A stretch of DNA of 64,000 nt, taken from NCBI GenBank assembly GCA_964491875.1, contig CAZBIC010000037.1, forward strand, positions 4,567 through 68,566, given 5' to 3'. This document shows, piece after piece, positions 18,801 to 27,809 of the stretch. The stretch comes from an uncultured Bifidobacterium sp. (GTDB lineage Bacteria; Verrucomicrobiota; Verrucomicrobiia; Limisphaerales; JADJPG01). The notes beneath the pieces are model-generated. The model was not told where the DNA came from. It saw nothing but the letters and a program-made list of their open reading frames with translations, and did no database searches. Each line of letters begins with the position of its first letter. Positions within the stretch are counted from its first letter, which is position 1. The position numbers were made by a program, and so were the translations under genes.

Positions 18801-19173
18801 ACAGCTGCAGGCGCAGTTCGATGCGCGCCAGGCCGAGTCCCGCCGTCGCCAGCAGGAACTGCTCGCTCAAATCACCACCCAGTCTGAAGCCCACCGCGTG
18901 GCGCAGAAGGAATGGGAAACGGAGCTGGAACTGGTTCGTAACAACGTCGAATCGTTGAAGGCCAACGTGGCCCGGGTGGAACAGGAACGCGACGATGCCC
19001 GTCGCTCCGCTTCCGAGAGCGTCCGTCACACGCGCGACTTGGAAAAGAAGCTGATGGAGGCCTCCTCCTTCCTGACGGGCTGGAAGAACGGAAAGGAAGT
19101 CATCGGCTCGCGCGTCGAACGCGACGCGAATCCAGTTGTCCGCGACGACGCGGAAGAAGGCCGCCATCCATAA
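15826..19173 (+). CDS. Membrane-anchored giant coiled-coil protein (1115 aa)
   Basis: Three N-terminal TM helices (residues ~33-125), a ~370-aa heptad-rich E/K/A/Q region, a fourth TM (VRIWVYPVLAFIVAFLPTLMVEIGFSTIF) and then ~580 aa of coiled coil. The last part contains ~63-aa tandem repeats (KLKQREQ..LQ...). No enzymatic motif seen. Confidence 0.75.
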   Translation: MDNQTDSQNAPETAPKSRFAKFDWSGFKGKRISVLTVPLLVMATITEFVILATGWKYQQTVCVPQGMGVTFFGIGPIGATILAVELLKLPLAIWTASRCGWQKWFMLTAGLPLICLLTFQLVKDMAVYEMGAAMKPASELLEQAATEEGKIARLNAELGNQLKDETAVKASIAEKKAERDRKVAELTAKQTKAKAEIEESIKRNDASRQDAVTLTDFQKKELAEVEIRQANLIRQFDADAAQLTKAIADLRAQRETEMSRAASWNVEEARIENAFKARMAEYTNKKTAYEKEKAEYDSANVLRRQLMKEPVDPGVPPAREVNKILKPTLVAELEAQIKAKESELAVVNNKRRDGVAQVGSDARKMREEFSRRSGTKREETDRKREEFLTALAALTKEGAAELKQIDKDYEAAVQKEQDSLKSRRPLEIVRAELDASRKKADALYEAREAAIKNTQVHRIATTVEIVRGLFAGEPPASIKSTAKERGDIYTDQISMVRIWVYPVLAFIVAFLPTLMVEIGFSTIFQPDNQQKSRPHRLGFFGRRLHWLYTRAGRIKILRAERIAREASSQIASRDEAIAAEKANAANALSAKDAELQAAQKALADAATSREEELQKKEEEWVAKFSSMADSLNRTVLEKDALRDLQKSEIERQIQMRQNAWSERVTQLRQELDDQRAAAEAERTTLMQEHHKKLLEVTEDCKTQVIQARRQLADAEIEKVEALAKLSNDLKEALYERDRAESELKHATESNARQLTLAQEEASRELEKAIRAEKQRTEKLQADFERTLRQREEEQERRLKQQQQELELGFETRLLEEKNRAEQDTRRRQVDFERELDERTREVEARWTREVQQRDDAAQIKLKQREQQLQAQAEARVAEVQAQAEQELRRREQEFERQSDAQMRDADGRLREELQQKELAFHAKLKQREQDLTTRAADRETELQNKWAADLRGREVEWEKQTESRVRAAEQRHSQETQQKEELFQVRLNQREQQLQAQFDARQAESRRRQQELLAQITTQSEAHRVAQKEWETELELVRNNVESLKANVARVEQERDDARRSASESVRHTRDLEKKLMEASSFLTGWKNGKEVIGSRVERDANPVVRDDAEEGRHP

Positions 19174-19280
19174 GGGGAAGCGAATCCCTCGCAATAATCA
19201 CCAAGCCGGCGCCCAGTGCGCCGGCATTTTTGTTTCGACTACGAGCCGCGCCCGCGACAAGTTCGAGCCAGCCGAATAGC

Positions 19281-20261
19281 ATGAAGAGTCATACCTGCGA
19301 CTTCTCACCACGGGCCCTGCTCCCGCTTGTGCTGGGACCGCTCTTGCCGCTTCTGGTCTTTGCCGTGGCGATGCAGGTTGGCGCACGGACCAATCTGCTT
19401 CCTGCGCCGCGTCCGACGCTCGATACCGAGCGCACGGTCTTGATTCATCAGGCAGAGGCGGCGCGTTCCCCGCAGGACGCAGAAGTGATTCTCTTGGGAG
19501 ATTCCTCGTGCTTGATGAATGTCTCCGCGCGCCAACTCAGCGAGTCATGGGGCCGACCGGTCCTTAATCTCGGAACCTTCAGTTTCCTCGACGTGAATTC
19601 ACATGCCGCCATGGTGCGGGAGTATTCCCGGGCCAATCCAAGCCGCCTGCGCGCCGTGGTGCTCCTGATGCACTCGGAGACATTGCGGCGACTTGGTGCC
19701 GAAGAGTTCTATGCGAACGCGTTGGCGAACTTCTGGGCTGGGCGCGATCACGCGGCGAGTGGATCATGGGATGGCCAACTAAACAAAGCGCTTGGCGTCG
19801 ACATCTTCAAAGGCCGCCTGCTGGCCCGTGCCCTGCCCTTGCCGCTGGGCGGCCCTTACGGGCGACGCTACGGATTCACCACGGATCTTGAGCGCTACCT
19901 GTCGGCTCATCGCGGGAGCGCGGTGGATCCCGCGCCTCAGCCGTTGACGGGCAGCCCGGAGTATCGATTGGCGAGGACGCTTGAAAAGGCATCCAAGAAC
20001 TTTCGCGCCGCGGTTCCTGACGGCGTAAAGCTTTTCGTCGGCATCACGCCCGCGCCCGAGCGCTTTGCCGGCGTGAAATATCCGGCGCTCCGCGACGCGA
20101 TGCTGGCGGAATGGTCCGGCTGGATTGACGGCGTGGCGCTCACCAATCTTCGAGCCACCATGCCCGACACGAACTTCGTCCGGACCACTCACCTGACTGA
20201 GCCCGCGATTTCGAACTACACGGCGGCATTGTCCGCAGCGTTGAGGTCTCTGCGACGGTAA
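19281..20261 (+). CDS. Membrane-anchored SGNH/GDSL-like hydrolase-fold protein (hypothetical)
   Basis: N-terminal TM (ALLPLVLGPLLPLLVFAVAM), block I-like VILLGDSSCL and block V-like RTTHLTEPAISNY. The start is taken at MKSHT (19281). Confidence 0.45.
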   Translation: MKSHTCDFSPRALLPLVLGPLLPLLVFAVAMQVGARTNLLPAPRPTLDTERTVLIHQAEAARSPQDAEVILLGDSSCLMNVSARQLSESWGRPVLNLGTFSFLDVNSHAAMVREYSRANPSRLRAVVLLMHSETLRRLGAEEFYANALANFWAGRDHAASGSWDGQLNKALGVDIFKGRLLARALPLPLGGPYGRRYGFTTDLERYLSAHRGSAVDPAPQPLTGSPEYRLARTLEKASKNFRAAVPDGVKLFVGITPAPERFAGVKYPALRDAMLAEWSGWIDGVALTNLRATMPDTNFVRTTHLTEPAISNYTAALSAALRSLRR

Positions 20262-20334
20262 CTTTTGGCGGGGTTGAGAATTTCCGCCTCGCGTCGGCCT
20301 TGAAACTTCTGCGGCGACTTGTCATCAAGGCGCC

Positions 20335-21357
20335 ATGCAAACTCCCGACTCCCACCTCTCACGTCGTGACGCCCTGAAATCCACGCTCATCGCCGCGTCC
20401 GCCTTCACCGCGGGCGCGCTCGCCCCAGGCAGCGTCGGTGCCGCGGAAGCCGCCCGTCCACCGGATGCTCGACGTGCTTCGCTCAAGCGTTACGAAATGA
20501 AGAAGTCGATCAATCTCTGGGCGTTCCCCTACCCTGACCGCATGAACCTGCGCGAGTGTCTGCAACTCGCGAAGGATGCGGGCTTCGATGGCATCGAGCT
20601 GAACTACGACCTCGACAATGATCTTTCGCCGAAGTTCGGCACGAAGGACTACGAGAAGATTCGCAAGATGGCAGACGAGATCGGCATTGCGATCAGCGGA
20701 CTCTGCTCGTTCCTCTTCTGGCCGTATCCACTCTCCAGCAACGACGCAACGAAACGCGAACGCGGGATCGAACTGGCCGGGAAGATCGCCCAGTGCGCGC
20801 ATGATCTCGGCGTGCAGAATGTCCTCGTCGTTCCCGGCGCAGTGCATATTCCGTGGCGCACGGACCACGAGCCGGTACCGAACGATGTTTGCGACAAGCG
20901 CGCCCGCGAAGCAGTCGCCCGGCTCCTGCCGCAAGCCGAAAAGCTGAACGTCTTCCTCAACATCGAGAACATCTTCTTCAACGGCTACCTGATGACGCCA
21001 ATGGAGATGAACAGTTTCGTCGACAGCTTCAACAGCCCTCACATCCGCGTTCACTTCGACACGGGCAACATCTCCATGTTCCAGCACGCGGAGCATTGGG
21101 TGCCGATTCTCGGCAATCGGATCCAGAACATCCACTTCAAGGAATACACGAAGAAGGGCACGGACTATTCGCTGGAGACGTTCCGTCCGCTGCTCGACGG
21201 CACCACAAACTGGCCGGCGGTGATGGACGCGCTCGACGCGACAGGCTACCGCGGTTATCTGACGTTCGAGTATTTCCATCCCTACCTGCACTACCCCGAA
21301 GCGCTCGTCTACCAGACGTCCGATTCGCTGAACCGCATGCTGGGGCGGAAGGTTTAA
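20335..21357 (+). CDS. Sugar phosphate isomerase/epimerase (xylose isomerase-like TIM barrel) with Tat signal
   Basis: Tat-type leader SRRDALKSTLIAASAFTAGALA. AP_endonuc_2-like pattern: GFDGIELNY, VLVVPG, NIENIFFNGYL, HFDTGN and FEYF. Confidence 0.75.
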   Translation: MQTPDSHLSRRDALKSTLIAASAFTAGALAPGSVGAAEAARPPDARRASLKRYEMKKSINLWAFPYPDRMNLRECLQLAKDAGFDGIELNYDLDNDLSPKFGTKDYEKIRKMADEIGIAISGLCSFLFWPYPLSSNDATKRERGIELAGKIAQCAHDLGVQNVLVVPGAVHIPWRTDHEPVPNDVCDKRAREAVARLLPQAEKLNVFLNIENIFFNGYLMTPMEMNSFVDSFNSPHIRVHFDTGNISMFQHAEHWVPILGNRIQNIHFKEYTKKGTDYSLETFRPLLDGTTNWPAVMDALDATGYRGYLTFEYFHPYLHYPEALVYQTSDSLNRMLGRKV

Positions 21358-21381
21358 TGTAGATTCACCGACCGCACCATT

Positions 21382-23928
21382 TCATGGCATAACCACACGG
21401 TAGAAACGCGCGGGAAACAGCGGGTTGCCAGCCTCACCCAGCGCATCCACGAATTCGTAGATCCCACTCCCATTCGCAGCGTTGGTCGCAATCGGTGTCC
21501 AGGGGATTGGCGCGGCGAGAGTAGTTGTGGCTTCGAGGATGTAGGTAACGAACGGAATGCCTTGACCGGTGATCTGCAACTTCTCGGGTGTCACAGCGGA
21601 GATGCCGGTAATGTTTGATGCCGCTGCACCGGCGCGCGTCAGGACGACGTCGTTGCCGTTGCCACCGACGTAGGTGATCTGGAACGGGACGCCGTCGGCG
21701 AGGAATGTTGCGCCTTCCGGCAGACCATTGAACGTTCCGCCGATGCCTCCAGGGCCGGTCTTGTTGAGGATGGTGAAAGTGTTTCCAACGGTGGACGCGA
21801 ATCCCAGCGACACTTGCAGGTTGCCACCGAGACTCACTGCGCCGGCGCAAGTGAGTTGGTCGTAGTCCAAGCCTGGCGTTGTTCCGTTGAGCTCCACTGA
21901 AAGCGTGCCCAAGGGCATCAGCACCGAACTCGCCTTAAGATTTCCCGGACTGGCGCCCGGACTCACGGTGCCGTTGACGAACACGCTGACGGCTTGCACC
22001 TGCCCGGTGCCACCAAGGACGCTGCCCGGCCGCACTTGCACCGCAGAACTCGAGCTAAGCACTCCGTGAACGAGGAGCGTGCCGTTGAGGTTCGAAGTGA
22101 CGCCCGAGTAGGTGTTGGTTCCCGTCAGCGTCAGTGTTCCTGTTCCTGATTTCGTGAAGGTTCCGCTTCCGCTAATGACGCCCGCGAAGAGCGTCGAAGA
22201 ATCGTTGCCGCCGGCCTGAAGCGCGCCGCTACCCAACACGACTTTCCCTGTGCCTTCGAGCGAGCCAATCGTGTCGCTGAATCCATTGAGCGCGAGTTCG
22301 CCAGTTTCACGGACAGTCACCGCCACGCTGTCGCCGATTTGGTGCTGCTTGATGTACGACACCGCCTGGCTGCCTACCGGATGGGACGCACCAATGATCA
22401 GCGGCCCCGAGGGAATCACCGGCTGATTCAACACGCCGTCGAGAATCATGTCGCCCTCCAGCACGAGCGTACTGCCAGAGTAGGTGTTGGTGTAGGGAGT
22501 CTTGAGGGTCAGTGTGCCGGGACCATACTTGCGGAAACCAGCCGGGCCGGAGATCTGCCCGACGATGGTGAGCGATTTGTTCGTAGCGATCTGGATATCG
22601 AGATCATCGTTCAACAGCACGGGACCGAGCCAAGAGACCGAACCGTTGCGCGCCTGCAAGAGACCAGCCGGCCCAGGCACGATGAGGTGCTCAGGGACGC
22701 CAATCGCGCCCGGCTCGTCCGTCGCCAAAAACCCGCTGAGCAATCGCGTCTGTCCGTTGGTATTTCCAAGTGCCGAGCCGTGGAGGATCGACAACGTGCC
22801 ACCTTTGATTTCCACGTCGCCGCTGAAGGTGTTCGAAGCCACGAGGACAAGTTCGCCGCGGTTGGTTTTGATCAATGTCGCGGGGGCGGGACCGCTAATC
22901 TGGGCAGTGATGTTGAGCTGAACGCCTTGCGCTACGTCGAAAAGCTGCGGGCCATCGCCTCGGGAGCCGAGCGAAAGACGGCCGGCAATGACTGAATCTT
23001 TGCTGACGTTGATCGGGAGCGACGCGTAGATGCCGCCGTCCACCGCCAACAAGCCCGACCCAGTCGTCACTGTGCCGCCGCGCAACCGGAGTTCGCCGAC
23101 AATTTCGTTCTCGTCGCTCAGTTCCAGACTGCCGGTCGGATATACCGACACCGTAGAGGAGTTGGCAATTTGATTATCCCGATCCAGCACCACGATGTCG
23201 CCGATGAGCGTGCTGACGAAGTCGCCGATCGCGAGATCGCCTGCGATGGCAGTCGCGCTGGTGAACACCAAACCTCCGCCGCCCGCTCCGAGATTGTAGC
23301 GATTCAGCCGCAGGACGCCGCCGCTGACGACGGTCAAGCCTGAGTATGTGTTCGCACCCAGTCCCGTGTAGGAAAGCGTGCCTGAGCCAAGCTTGTAGAC
23401 CCCGCCCGTCCCACTGATGACTCCGGCGATGGTGATATCTCCTGCGCCATCGAATAAGAGCGTGTGTGTAACTAGATGCACGTCGCCGTTGATTGTGAGG
23501 CTCGAAGCCCCAGCAAAGACGTCAATGGACGGACTACCTTCGATCGGCGCGAACCTGACGTCGAAATCGACGATGTGGCTGCCCGCCGGATTGCCGACGT
23601 TCAAGGAATTGGTGATCGTGACTGGATTGCCGCGGAGCCGATAGCTGCCAGCCCCGAAGCAATTAATCACGGAGAACGACGTTCCGGCTGGGAAATTGTT
23701 CGTGTTACTCGTCTTGCGCGCCCCGGTGTCAACGAACTGCAACACATCGCCCGCCACCGGCACGACGTTGCCCTGCCAGTTCGCCGCGGTGGTCCAGTTG
23801 CCGCTCGTGGCTGAAGCGCCGGTCCAGACGCGGATTGCAGGCGATGCTGTCAGCGAAATCAAAGTTAGGACACCGGCGAGGACTGGCCACCGGAGCAATA
23901 ATACGGATTGAGCAGAAAAGCGGTTCAT
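21382..23928 (-). CDS. Autotransporter-associated beta-strand repeat (PATR) surface protein
   Basis: 848 aa with a signal peptide. Many G-T-L-(T/S)-L..(T/S)N-T-Y-S-G repeats (GTGTLTLTGTNTYSGVT, GPGTLTLKTPYTNTYSGST). Confidence 0.8.
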   Translation of the reverse strand: MNRFSAQSVLLLRWPVLAGVLTLISLTASPAIRVWTGASATSGNWTTAANWQGNVVPVAGDVLQFVDTGARKTSNTNNFPAGTSFSVINCFGAGSYRLRGNPVTITNSLNVGNPAGSHIVDFDVRFAPIEGSPSIDVFAGASSLTINGDVHLVTHTLLFDGAGDITIAGVISGTGGVYKLGSGTLSYTGLGANTYSGLTVVSGGVLRLNRYNLGAGGGGLVFTSATAIAGDLAIGDFVSTLIGDIVVLDRDNQIANSSTVSVYPTGSLELSDENEIVGELRLRGGTVTTGSGLLAVDGGIYASLPINVSKDSVIAGRLSLGSRGDGPQLFDVAQGVQLNITAQISGPAPATLIKTNRGELVLVASNTFSGDVEIKGGTLSILHGSALGNTNGQTRLLSGFLATDEPGAIGVPEHLIVPGPAGLLQARNGSVSWLGPVLLNDDLDIQIATNKSLTIVGQISGPAGFRKYGPGTLTLKTPYTNTYSGSTLVLEGDMILDGVLNQPVIPSGPLIIGASHPVGSQAVSYIKQHQIGDSVAVTVRETGELALNGFSDTIGSLEGTGKVVLGSGALQAGGNDSSTLFAGVISGSGTFTKSGTGTLTLTGTNTYSGVTSNLNGTLLVHGVLSSSSAVQVRPGSVLGGTGQVQAVSVFVNGTVSPGASPGNLKASSVLMPLGTLSVELNGTTPGLDYDQLTCAGAVSLGGNLQVSLGFASTVGNTFTILNKTGPGGIGGTFNGLPEGATFLADGVPFQITYVGGNGNDVVLTRAGAAASNITGISAVTPEKLQITGQGIPFVTYILEATTTLAAPIPWTPIATNAANGSGIYEFVDALGEAGNPLFPARFYRVVMP

Positions 23929-24407
23929 ACGAATGAGCGAACAGGTTTCAAGTTCGGTTTCTATAGCTTCACAGAAGAATTTGGCCGCCCGGGATTACAG
24001 GTTTTCACACGCAGCTCCCAGGCCAGCGTATCCAGCGGTCCTTGCGAAGAGCCCACGAAACGCCTCCGTGCGTCTCGAATCACTCAGGCATGCCACTCGT
24101 TTGAGTTCCGTTAAAAAGACGGTGCACCGGAATGAATCGCTTGGAGCAGTAACAAAGACGTCTCGGACCCTCAATCCCATTATCATAATGAAAACTCCCC
24201 AGTTCAGCACCGCCAGCTGCGATGCACTAGCATTCCCACGCTGCGAGTTTGCAATTACGCCTTATCCGGCGTGAAAGGTTGCCGAGAACACTGGGGATGA
24301 CTATGTTCCGCGCGAACGATTCCTCCCTCGGGCCCGCTGGGTTCCCTCGGGCTGAATACCATGGTCGCGAGCCCGTCAGATTCGCCACCGGATTGTTGCC
24401 GTAATCT

Positions 24408-25397
24408 ATGTCGAACATTAAAGACGCAGTGAAAAAGCAGGTTGCCGAAGCCGCCGAGCATCTCGGCGCCGTGCGCAAGGAAGTGCAGAAACAGATCGTG
24501 GGCCAGCAATCGCTCATCGATCGTCTGCTCATCTGCCTCGTCGCCCGCGGCCACGTGCTGCTTGAAGGCCTGCCCGGTCTCGCGAAGACGTCCACCATCA
24601 ATGCCCTCGCTCGCAGCTCGCACTGTTCGTTCGCCCGCATTCAGTTCACGCCCGATCTCCTTCCCGCGGACATCACCGGCACACTGATCTACGATCCGGT
24701 CAAAGGAGTTTACTCGACGCGCACCGGGCCCATCTTCGCGAACCTCGTGCTCGCCGATGAAATCAACCGTGCGCCGAGCAAGGTCCAGAGCGCGCTGCTG
24801 GAAGCGATGCAGGAACATCAGGTCACAATTGGCGACCAGACGTTTCGCCTGCCGGAACCGTTCCTCGTCCTCGCCACGCAGAATCCCATCGAACAGGAAG
24901 GCACGTATCCGTTGCCCGAAGCGCAGATGGACCGCTTCATGTTGAAGGTCGTCGTCGGCTATCCGAGCGAGAGCGAAGAGCGCGTCATTCTCGACCGCAT
25001 GTCCACCACGAAGCCGAACTTCACGCTGAACTCCGTCGTGACGCCCGAGGAAATCCTCCGCATGCAGGAGCTGGTGAACCAAGTTTACGTCGATGACCAG
25101 ATCAAGGACTACGTCATCAAGCTCGTGCTCGCCACCCGGCGCGGCGAGAAGCTGCTGCCCGAACTGCAACGCATGGTTCGCTGTGGCGCGAGCCCGCGCG
25201 CCACGATCAATCTCACGCTCGCCGCCCGCGCGCATGCGCTCCTGCAGGGGCAGGCGTTCGTCTCGCCGGATGATGTGAAAGCCATCGCCTTCGATGTGCT
25301 GCGCCACCGCATCCTGCTCACCTACGAAGCCGAGGCTGAGGAAGTCACCACCGATTCGCTGGTGCAGACCATCCTCAGCAAAGTCCCGGTGCCGTAA
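24408..25397 (+). CDS. moxR: MoxR-family AAA+ ATPase
   Basis: AAA_3 pattern: GHVLLEGLPGLAKT (Walker A), VLADEINRA (Walker B) and ATQNPIEQEGTYPLPEAQMDRF. Confidence 0.92.
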   Translation: MSNIKDAVKKQVAEAAEHLGAVRKEVQKQIVGQQSLIDRLLICLVARGHVLLEGLPGLAKTSTINALARSSHCSFARIQFTPDLLPADITGTLIYDPVKGVYSTRTGPIFANLVLADEINRAPSKVQSALLEAMQEHQVTIGDQTFRLPEPFLVLATQNPIEQEGTYPLPEAQMDRFMLKVVVGYPSESEERVILDRMSTTKPNFTLNSVVTPEEILRMQELVNQVYVDDQIKDYVIKLVLATRRGEKLLPELQRMVRCGASPRATINLTLAARAHALLQGQAFVSPDDVKAIAFDVLRHRILLTYEAEAEEVTTDSLVQTILSKVPVP

Positions 25398-25419
25398 GTT
25401 TCCTCCGCCCACGCCGCAT

Positions 25420-26301
25420 ATGGTCCCACTGGATTTCCTGAAGCGCCTGCGCCGTGTGGAGGTGCGCTCGCGGCTGGTTTCGCAGGAACTCATGGCCGGC
25501 CAGTGCGATTCCATCTTCAAGGGCCGCGGCATGGATTTCGTGGACGTGCGCGAGTATTGCCCCGGCGACGACGTGCGCCGCATCGACTGGAACGTCAGCG
25601 CCCGCCTGCGCAAGACCTACATCAAGCGCCTCGTCGAGGAACGCGAACTCACCGTCCTGCTCATCGTGGATCTGAGCGCCAGCGGACACTTCGGCACGAG
25701 TGGAATCACCAAACGCGAACTCGCGGCAGAACTCGCCGGCACACTCGCCATGAGCGCAATTCGCAACAACGATCGTGTCGGGCTCATTCTCTTCACGGGC
25801 GAAGTTGAGCACTACCTCCCGCCGCGCAAGACGCGTCAGCATGTCCAGCGTCTGCTTCGCGATCTACTCACCCACACGCCGCGCTCTGAGGGAACGAATC
25901 TCAGTCACGCGCTGGATTTTGCCGGGCGCGTAACGCACCGCCCCGCGCTAATCTTTCTACTCACCGACCTGCACGATGAAGGCTACGAAGCGGCGCTGAA
26001 GTCCGCCAATCAACGCCACGATCTGCTCGTTCTGCAACTCACCGACCCGCGTGAGCAGGCGCTGCCGGACGTCGGACTCGCGCTGGTGCAGGACGCCGAG
26101 ACCGGCGACGTGCTCGAAGTCGACACCGGCGATCCAGCCGTCCGCGCCGCCTACGAACAAGCCGCCGCGCAGCGCCAGGAAGCCGCACAGGAATTTTTCC
26201 GCCGCTCGCGCATCGGCCATCTCGAACTGCGCACCGACAAGCCGTGGAACAACTCCCTGCGCACCTTCCTCACGCTCCAGGCGCGCCGCCGCGTCGCCTG
26301 A
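25420..26301 (+). CDS. DUF58 (vWA-like) protein of the MoxR/Bat operon
   Basis: FKGRGMDFVDVREYCPGDDVRRIDWNVSAR is the DUF58 signature. The start is taken at MVPLDF. Confidence 0.85.
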   Translation: MVPLDFLKRLRRVEVRSRLVSQELMAGQCDSIFKGRGMDFVDVREYCPGDDVRRIDWNVSARLRKTYIKRLVEERELTVLLIVDLSASGHFGTSGITKRELAAELAGTLAMSAIRNNDRVGLILFTGEVEHYLPPRKTRQHVQRLLRDLLTHTPRSEGTNLSHALDFAGRVTHRPALIFLLTDLHDEGYEAALKSANQRHDLLVLQLTDPREQALPDVGLALVQDAETGDVLEVDTGDPAVRAAYEQAAAQRQEAAQEFFRRSRIGHLELRTDKPWNNSLRTFLTLQARRRVA

Positions 26302-26307
26302 CCTTCG

Positions 26308-26847
26308 ATGACAAATTCCACCACCATCATCGAGGACCTGACTCTCGTCCCCGTCCCGGCGTGGTGGGAGAATCCCTGGGTATGGGCGCTGGCGTTGTTC
26401 ACGTTTGCTCTCATCACCTACCTCGTCTTCCGCTGGCTGAAGTCACGGCCCGCACCGGTCGTCACCGCTCCACCGCTTCCACCCGGACCGCCGCCGCATC
26501 TCGAAGCATTACGTCGTCTCACTGAATTGCGCGCGCGCCAGGAGAAGCTCACGCCCTACGACGTCGCATTGGAATGCTCTGACATCCTCCGCGCCTACAT
26601 CGAAGGTCGATTCGCGCTGCCGATTCGCTACCAGACCACGCGCGAATTCCTCGGCGCCGCTCAGGCCCATCCAGAACTGGGGACTGAACCGCGACGCGAG
26701 CTCGGCGAGTTCCTCGCGTTCTTCGATGGAATCAAGTTCGCCGCCGGTTCGGCGGAACCGCAGCAGATGCGCGAAACGATCGATGGCGCGGAACGTTTCG
26801 TCCGTCGGTGCATTCCGACCGAGCAACAAGGTGGTTCCACACCATGA
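26308..26847 (+). CDS. DUF4381-like single-TM protein of the Bat operon
   Basis: TM WVWALALFTFALITYLVFRWL, then the helical segment LTPYDVALECSDILRAYIEGRF...TTREFL. Sits between DUF58 and BatA and makes an ATGA overlap with the next gene. Confidence 0.6.
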   Translation: MTNSTTIIEDLTLVPVPAWWENPWVWALALFTFALITYLVFRWLKSRPAPVVTAPPLPPGPPPHLEALRRLTELRARQEKLTPYDVALECSDILRAYIEGRFALPIRYQTTREFLGAAQAHPELGTEPRRELGEFLAFFDGIKFAAGSAEPQQMRETIDGAERFVRRCIPTEQQGGSTP

Positions 26848-27809
26848 CCTTCCTCCCCGAGTCATGGCAGGGATTTGAATTCGCCTACCCGTGGCTCCTG
26901 CTTTTGTTGCTGCTCGTCCCGTTCATCGCGTGGTGGCTGGGCCGGACCGGCCCCCTGCCCTCGGTCGTCGTTCCAACCCTGCGGCCACTCCGCGCGCTGG
27001 GCACCGCACCGAAACGACACCGCGGCCGCTGGCGTTGGACGCTGATCCTCACCGCGCTCACGCTGCTCATTATCGCGCTTGCGCGTCCGCGGGTGCAACG
27101 CGGTGATTTGCCGGACCCGACCAAGGGCATCGATATCATGCTCGCGCTCGATTACAGCCGATCGATGGCGGAGCAGGACTTCCACTTGAACGGCCAGCGC
27201 ACTTCGCGGCGCGCGGCTTTGCTGCACGTCGTGGACGACTTCGTGAAGAAGCGCCCGAACGATCGCGTGGGAATTGTTTGTTTCGCGCGCAGCCCGTTTC
27301 TCGTCAGCCCGCTCACGCTCGATCATGAATGGGCCATGAACTCGTTGCGCGAAACCGATTACTCCACCGGCACCGCCATCGGTGAAGGCCTCGCCGCCGC
27401 CTGGCAGTTCATCAAGAAGAACAGTGAACGCAGCAAGGTCATCATTCTCGTCACGGACGGCCAGAACATGCAGGGCCGCCCGCCGCTGCAGATTGCGCCG
27501 TTCATTCTCCGGGACCAGATTCGTCTCTACAGCATCATCATCGGACCCGAGATCGTCACGCCCACCGCCGCCGCGAATCATGAACTCCACAAGTCCAGCC
27601 GCATGACCGGTGGCCAGTTCTTTCAGGCGCGCGACACGGAGACGTTGCAGAAGATTTATGAGCTGATTGATCAGCTGGAGAAGAAGGCTCTTCTCCAAAA
27701 ACGATTCGTCACCTGGCGCGAACTCTTTCCGTGGTTCGCTGGAACAGCCCTGCTCCTCCTGCTCGGCGAGTTTGCGTGGAACGGAATTATCCGGAGGCGC
27801 ATCCCATGA
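26844..27809 (+). CDS. batA: BatA-like vWA-domain membrane protein
   Basis: N-terminal TM, vWA MIDAS motif (DIMLALDYSRSM) and a C-terminal TM. Coupled to its neighbours by ATGA overlaps. Confidence 0.8.
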   Translation: MTFLPESWQGFEFAYPWLLLLLLLVPFIAWWLGRTGPLPSVVVPTLRPLRALGTAPKRHRGRWRWTLILTALTLLIIALARPRVQRGDLPDPTKGIDIMLALDYSRSMAEQDFHLNGQRTSRRAALLHVVDDFVKKRPNDRVGIVCFARSPFLVSPLTLDHEWAMNSLRETDYSTGTAIGEGLAAAWQFIKKNSERSKVIILVTDGQNMQGRPPLQIAPFILRDQIRLYSIIIGPEIVTPTAAANHELHKSSRMTGGQFFQARDTETLQKIYELIDQLEKKALLQKRFVTWRELFPWFAGTALLLLLGEFAWNGIIRRRIP

